Assembly: GCA_021323165.1 (NCBI GenBank) | Contig: JAJTCJ010000017.1 | Coordinates: forward strand, 8,645-72,644 | Reading direction: 5' to 3' | DNA from: Bacteroidota bacterium | Lineage (GTDB): Bacteria > Bacteroidota > Bacteroidia > 2-12-FULL-35-15 | Length of the DNA: 64,000 nucleotides | In this document: one piece after another, positions 59,048 through 64,000 of the stretch | Position numbering within the stretch: the first letter of the stretch is position 1 | How the letters are laid out: each line of letters begins with the position of its first letter | Notes under the pieces: model-generated | The model's input: the letters and a program-made list of their open reading frames with translations, nothing else | What the model was told of the DNA's origin: nothing | Databases searched by the model: none | Program-made: the position numbers and the translations under genes

Positions 59048-60622
59048 TTAGTTCACGATCATTAACTTCCTATAAATGACCTTCCCTGATTCTTCAGTTT
59101 TAACCCTGAGCAGATAGATTCCATTCTCCAGTTTAAGTTCTAATGCGTTGTGAGAACCGCATAGTTGAGCTGAATGAACTTCTTTTCCAAGCTCATCCAT
59201 TATCATTAAAGAGAAACATTCTGAAGCATTATGCGCTAAGGAGAATGTTCCATTGTTCGGATTCGGAAATAGTGAAAACAACATATCTTCTGAAAGATCA
59301 TCAATACCGGTTGAAAAAGAAACTGTGGCATTATCACAAAACACACAACCATTTGCATCAGTAATGCAGTAGGTATAAGTCATAGTACAAAGATCAGTGG
59401 CAGTGGGTGTAGTCACCAAATTTGGTTGCCAAAGGTATGTATAACCCGGTGTTCCCCCGGAAGGTGCTACCTGAACCGAACCATCACAGCAGGAAGAACA
59501 GCTTGCATTTGTTACTATTTCCGTTGCGGTTATTTGTGTGGGTTCTGTAATTGTAACAGGCTTGCATACCATACAGCCATTCGAATTTGTAACGCATAAT
59601 GTATAAGTACCAGCCACAGCGTTGGTCAGACATTGTCCCATTCCACCAGCAGGCACCCAGTTAAAAGTATACGGAGCGGGTCCCCCTGTAATATTGGTAA
59701 CACAAACAGAGCCGTCATTCCCTCCGTAACAGCTTACATTAGTTGGACTTGTAAAAGAAAAATCTACCGGTGCCGGATCCGGCATATTAAAATAGGAGGT
59801 GCAGGAAGTACCATTTGCATCTGTTATAGTAACACTCATTTGACCAGCACACACGCCATTGATTGTATTTCCCATTTGAACAGGAGTAGTACCCCATGAA
59901 TAAGTGTAAGGACCCGTTCCGCCAGTTACATTTGAAAGCGTGATAGAACCACTGCAGGTTCCTGCACAATAAGGCGGACTAATAGAATAATTATAAGAAA
60001 AAATTCCGCATGTACCGGCTCCGGATCCTCCGGTCGGGATTGCATAGGCAGTACTGGCACATGGAGAAAGTATTTCAGCAATTGTTAATGTTACCGGAGC
60101 ACTGCCGCTCCCCGAATCTATAAGATTAAAAGAGATCCTTATCCAGCCAACCTGAGAGGTACTAATATTTGTGTACGATAAATATTTATTTGTAATTGTA
60201 TTAGGCCCGGAGCAATCCATGCAGCCGTAATTGCCTAGTTGAAAAATAGAATCATTACTCCAGTCATTTGTGCCCATGCAAAATAATGTGTCTGCTGCAT
60301 TGTAATAATTTACCATTAAAAGAGGGCTATTCCCTGTATCGGCACAGACTTGAAAAGAAGGATTTAAAACAAATAAATACGCTGTATTTGCTCCATCTAC
60401 TACTGTGGGACCTTTATGCAATTCAACACGCATATCAGGAACACTGTCACAATCGAGATCAAAAAAGCCGCTTGAAGTCGAACCTACTGATGTCACAGAT
60501 AAATTTATTAATGGATCTGAGATCAATAGGCCGGAAGCACCCGAACCCGCAATGATCTGAGCAGAAGCCCGACTTAAAAACACCATACTTATTAATGCCA
60601 GGATTTGTATTTTTTTTCTCAT
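59048..60622 (-). CDS. SprB-repeat, Cys-rich T9SS-secreted protein
   Basis: Three C...C.G....GG..PYTY.W...AG.Y...TD.NGC repeats; LFPNPN...NGIYLL CTD. Confidence 0.88.
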   Translation of the reverse strand: MRKKIQILALISMVFLSRASAQIIAGSGASGLLISDPLINLSVTSVGSTSSGFFDLDCDSVPDMRVELHKGPTVVDGANTAYLFVLNPSFQVCADTGNSPLLMVNYYNAADTLFCMGTNDWSNDSIFQLGNYGCMDCSGPNTITNKYLSYTNISTSQVGWIRISFNLIDSGSGSAPVTLTIAEILSPCASTAYAIPTGGSGAGTCGIFSYNYSISPPYCAGTCSGSITLSNVTGGTGPYTYSWGTTPVQMGNTINGVCAGQMSVTITDANGTSCTSYFNMPDPAPVDFSFTSPTNVSCYGGNDGSVCVTNITGGPAPYTFNWVPAGGMGQCLTNAVAGTYTLCVTNSNGCMVCKPVTITEPTQITATEIVTNASCSSCCDGSVQVAPSGGTPGYTYLWQPNLVTTPTATDLCTMTYTYCITDANGCVFCDNATVSFSTGIDDLSEDMLFSLFPNPNNGTFSLAHNASECFSLMIMDELGKEVHSAQLCGSHNALELKLENGIYLLRVKTEESGKVIYRKLMIVN

Positions 60623-60802
60623 AGAAAAGGAATTTAGGAGTAGTTCAATCTCCTTTCATAGGATGCAGATATTCTCATATTAGTTGCATTCTTGTTTCTA
60701 ATCTTTAGGTAAATCTCTCCTGATCCAGTTCCCGTATTATTACTGATTCAAATAAAGTTCATTGAATTATCTTTACTATACCATTAATCAAATGTTCATT
60801 AA

Positions 60803-61210
60803 ATGAATTTAGCTGAACGTCCCAAGCATCCATTAGTGATACTGATCGATGATAACGAAACAGATAATTTTATTGCACAGCAATTAATTACCAATGCCAA
60901 CTTTGGAAAAGAAACGCTGATCTTTAAGAGCACAAAAGATGCGTTGGAGAAATTAATAATATTACGGTCAGTTCCGGATACTCTTCCCTCCTGCATCTTT
61001 CTTGATATTAATATTGCTGATGAGAACGGACTGGACTTCCTGTATGAATTAAATACATTGAAACTTTCATATCCTTCCCCATTATCCATCTTTATCCTCA
61101 CTAACTGCACTGACTCAGCTGTTAAGGCTGAAGCTCTTTTATTTAAGACTGTTAAGGGCTGGATCCAGAAACCATTGAAAGTTTCTGATCTGAACATTTT
61201 TACTGCCTGA
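60803..61210 (+). CDS. Single-domain response regulator
   Basis: LIDDNETD, FLDINI, ILT, QKPL. Confidence 0.8.
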   Translation: MNLAERPKHPLVILIDDNETDNFIAQQLITNANFGKETLIFKSTKDALEKLIILRSVPDTLPSCIFLDINIADENGLDFLYELNTLKLSYPSPLSIFILTNCTDSAVKAEALLFKTVKGWIQKPLKVSDLNIFTA

Positions 61211-61277
61211 TGTAATTCCATTTGCATAAGCTATTCGTGCCAACATTTATGGAATAAACTTTTATATTATCCTGGTG

Positions 61278-61940
61278 ATGATCATAAAAGCGAAAAAATA
61301 TTCGATTACTGAAAACTTCTTTTTAAAGAAGCATGTTCCAAAGCCATCCACAATTGCGCTTTTACAAAACATTTACCCTACTGTTAACTGGCAAAGAGTA
61401 GATTTTTATGAAGGGCTTCCCTGGTACACACCTATTATTGCGCCTTATGTAACAGCGCAAGCTTTACCCCAATTTTATTCATTCAGTCGATTCCGTATTT
61501 ATCTGAAGAAATTTGATGAATCCCGTGCACAATGCCTTGCTGATATTGTTCATGAAGGAATGCATGTATTACAAGGTATGTCATATATGAAAGGATATGG
61601 CTTGGGAATGTTCAGAGGTTTTATAGTAAGATACGGGGCGTTCTTCATGAAATATGGTTACAGGAATAACCCGTTTGAGATTCCTGCTTACGACCAGGAA
61701 TACCGTTTCCTTGATTTTTGTGAAAAATATCATCAGCATGGTATCGTTCCTCCGATCAATATCGATGCATTGAAGAATATCAGTACAGAAAAAGAGCTTG
61801 TGTTCAAAAATGCAAAGGTCAGTTATAATGAAAATATATTTTTATTCATCCTTAGTTTCATCAGTGTTTTCTTCATTGCTATTATTAAACCAATCGCTGA
61901 TCTGATCGTATTCTTATTAAAATCGTTTCAAAAGAAATAA
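61278..61940 (+). CDS. Putative zinc metallopeptidase-like membrane protein (DUF4157-like)
   Basis: HEGMH (HExxH), GYRNNPFEIPAY; C-terminal TM. Confidence 0.65.
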   Translation: MIIKAKKYSITENFFLKKHVPKPSTIALLQNIYPTVNWQRVDFYEGLPWYTPIIAPYVTAQALPQFYSFSRFRIYLKKFDESRAQCLADIVHEGMHVLQGMSYMKGYGLGMFRGFIVRYGAFFMKYGYRNNPFEIPAYDQEYRFLDFCEKYHQHGIVPPINIDALKNISTEKELVFKNAKVSYNENIFLFILSFISVFFIAIIKPIADLIVFLLKSFQKK

Positions 61941-61947
61941 TACTCTT

Positions 61948-62571
61948 ATGAAAAACAAACAGGCAAAAAAAGAGATCGTTCCGGAACAAAAAAAAGGAAA
62001 TCAAACCGGAGCAAAACATACTATCGATTGCGATTCTTTACAAACCGCTCATGAACTTTTTAATATTGGAAAGCAGCGACTAACCGATATAAATCATTGG
62101 GCCGATTACTGCTCTGTTGCTATGGCAGAAACAAAGTTAACAGATGGAAAAGGAAATTTAATAAACAGAGAACCAAAAATCGGTGATTACATCCGCATAG
62201 ATCTTGCAGGTCCCGGACCCCGTTCAGGAGATGGTTACGACTGGGTCCGAATAGAAGAATTTATGCAACATGGATCAGAAAGCACTGAAGAGGAACTTTT
62301 CGGATTCCGTGTTCGACCGGCATCTAATCCTTCCACATCAGACCCAAACACTTCACATTTTTACACATCGGATGCTACAAGCAGCTTTATTGTTGAAAGA
62401 AAAGACAAATCAGTAAGTGCTTCAGAAATCGGTAAAAACGAAATTCCAAATGTAAAAACTGAAAGAGTCACTGATAAAGTGAGAAATGCAGTGGTTGCTA
62501 CAGGAGGCATGGTTGGTTTATCAGTAGTTCAATGGAAGATCTTGATGAAAGGCATCCTTGAAAAAAAATAA
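61948..62571 (+). CDS. Conserved hypothetical protein
   Basis: 207-aa ORF; GDYIRID..GPG...GDGYDWVRIE, HFY...ATSSF motifs. Confidence 0.75.
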   Translation: MKNKQAKKEIVPEQKKGNQTGAKHTIDCDSLQTAHELFNIGKQRLTDINHWADYCSVAMAETKLTDGKGNLINREPKIGDYIRIDLAGPGPRSGDGYDWVRIEEFMQHGSESTEEELFGFRVRPASNPSTSDPNTSHFYTSDATSSFIVERKDKSVSASEIGKNEIPNVKTERVTDKVRNAVVATGGMVGLSVVQWKILMKGILEKK

Positions 62572-62593
62572 GCTTAGACATGTTGCGGAGTTA

Positions 62594-62911
62594 TCAGCAG
62601 GCCATTTTCAATAATTCATTCTGTGCGGCATAGAATGCATAAGCGAAGCCAAGCAGGGATTGACCCAATAAAAAATTAAGATCCAGATTTCGTGCATAGA
62701 ATCGAAGCCGGCTCATATCTTCAAGTATCCTCACTCCTACCAGCTTGCCGGTTTTCACATCATTGAACACTTCTACGAAATGCTTATTGTAACAATATAA
62801 TGTCAGCACTAAGCCATGTGACTTAAGGCTGCAAATTATTTTAGCTTCCTTTGATAAGATATCTGCTTTCTCTTTTATCGGCAGATACCTGAAATTTTCC
62901 AGATCTTTCAT
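62594..62911 (-). CDS. Small hypothetical protein
   Basis: 105-aa ORF with LY...FVEVF pattern; AT-rich leader. Confidence 0.65.
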   Translation of the reverse strand: MKDLENFRYLPIKEKADILSKEAKIICSLKSHGLVLTLYCYNKHFVEVFNDVKTGKLVGVRILEDMSRLRFYARNLDLNFLLGQSLLGFAYAFYAAQNELLKMAC

Positions 62912-63034
62912 TTTATAACAATTAAACAGATTTATTTACTGTGTTATGAATGACGAAGAAAGAAGAGGAAAATTGTTCGCTTATAGATGAAGATATTGTT
63001 TGGTGAGCCGATACAGTAATGCAGGAAGCCAGTC

Positions 63035-63514
63035 TTAATTACTGATGATCTTTACTACTTCATCAGTGTTCCAATTGAAATAATCAAGTTTACTGAGTAC
63101 AACATCCCCATTTCTGTTTAAAAGATAAGTTGTTGGGAAGACCCTGATACCGAGATCAGGAAATGGTTGGGTGATATAGTAGTCCAGGGTATTGCAATAC
63201 TTTTCTTTAAAACGAAGCACCTTTTCAAGAGGTTCATCGCTGACTACAAGAACACGAAGATTCTCTTTTCCCACTTTCTGCTGCAGAGCATCAATTTCGG
63301 GGAGCTCACGGATACAGCTGCCGCACCAGGTTTGAAAATAACTGATCAAAACAAACTGTCCTTTAAAATCAGAGATCTTTACTCTTGTTCCGTTTTCACC
63401 TATCAGATTATGGTCATAAGCAGGCAGCTCCGGAACCATTTTATATGATTTATAGAACCATGCAGCTATCAGTAATAATATAAGGATTCCAAAAACCGGA
63501 ATTATCTTTTTCAT
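63035..63514 (-). CDS. TlpA-family thiol:disulfide oxidoreductase
   Basis: N-terminal TM; FQTWCGSCIRELP; VFPTTYLL. Confidence 0.9.
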   Translation of the reverse strand: MKKIIPVFGILILLLIAAWFYKSYKMVPELPAYDHNLIGENGTRVKISDFKGQFVLISYFQTWCGSCIRELPEIDALQQKVGKENLRVLVVSDEPLEKVLRFKEKYCNTLDYYITQPFPDLGIRVFPTTYLLNRNGDVVLSKLDYFNWNTDEVVKIISN

Positions 63515-63520
63515 CCAAAG

Positions 63521-64000
63521 TTAATTAAGGCCGTACTGACTGATCATCCATACCAATGCGGCCATTGCAGCTCCGCCCATTTCCAGCTCACGTTGATTTA
63601 CGGCATCAAAAGTATCAATTGCAGTGTGGTGATAATCGAAATAACGCTGTGAATCAGGCATAAGTTCCATGCAAAAAACACCTTGTTCACCTAATGGGCC
63701 AAGATCAGGACCTCCGCCTTCACCGTCAAAACTGTATATCCCATAAGGCTCAAAAAGAGGCCTCCAGCTTTTCAGTTTCATTCTTGCCTGAACACTTCCT
63801 TCACTGCTGAATCCGCGAGGAGTAAAACCACCCGCATCCGATTCAATAGCAGCTGTATGCTTTTCATTTTTCAGCTTCGCCATTTCTGCATATTTCTTTC
63901 CTCCTCTGCCTCCGTTCTCTTCATTCATAAAAGCCACAGCACGGATAGTTCTTTTGGGTTTGAGCCCGGAAGCTTTAAATATCCTAAGCACTTCAATGCT
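63521..64000 (-). CDS. M28 family peptidase (carboxypeptidase Q-like), C-terminal part
   Basis: PKRTIRAVAFMNEENG, ESDAG, YFDYHHT..DTFD; continues beyond the window. Confidence 0.9.
   Translation of the reverse strand, partial: SIEVLRIFKASGLKPKRTIRAVAFMNEENGGRGGKKYAEMAKLKNEKHTAAIESDAGGFTPRGFSSEGSVQARMKLKSWRPLFEPYGIYSFDGEGGGPDLGPLGEQGVFCMELMPDSQRYFDYHHTAIDTFDAVNQRELEMGGAAMAALVWMISQYGLN

Noticed and set aside
60799-61227. 142-aa antisense ORF, and the many other short shadow ORFs in the track
   Set aside because: They lie opposite or inside well-supported genes and carry no motifs.

Overview
A 64-kb, AT-rich stretch of a Bacteroidota chromosome, judged from TAnnTTTG promoters, four T9SS C-terminal-domain cargo proteins and Bacteroidota-type parEC and split transketolase. 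It is mostly housekeeping: ribBA, tamB, tsaD, parE/parC, ychF, transketolase N/C, an ECF sigma cluster, xerD, aroQ, dacB, tRNA-Ser(TGA), tRNA-Asp(GTC) and a cobalamin riboswitch controlling a btuB-like receptor. The best candidate for an undescribed system is a four-gene operon at 37573-43379 (minus strand). It encodes a TonB-dependent receptor, a putative surface lipoprotein made only of the nucleotide-binding (non-catalytic) half of 5'-nucleotidase, a YfiR protein and a hybrid histidine kinase with an Hpt domain. Together these suggest trans-envelope nucleotide sensing, which is inference only. Two normally essential genes (tsaD, parE) each lack an internal block and are frameshifted, most likely from assembly gaps. 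Intergenic DNA holds several families of short palindromic or tandem repeats. No CRISPR array, prophage, transposase or rRNA was seen. All family calls come from recognising motifs by eye; no database search was run.
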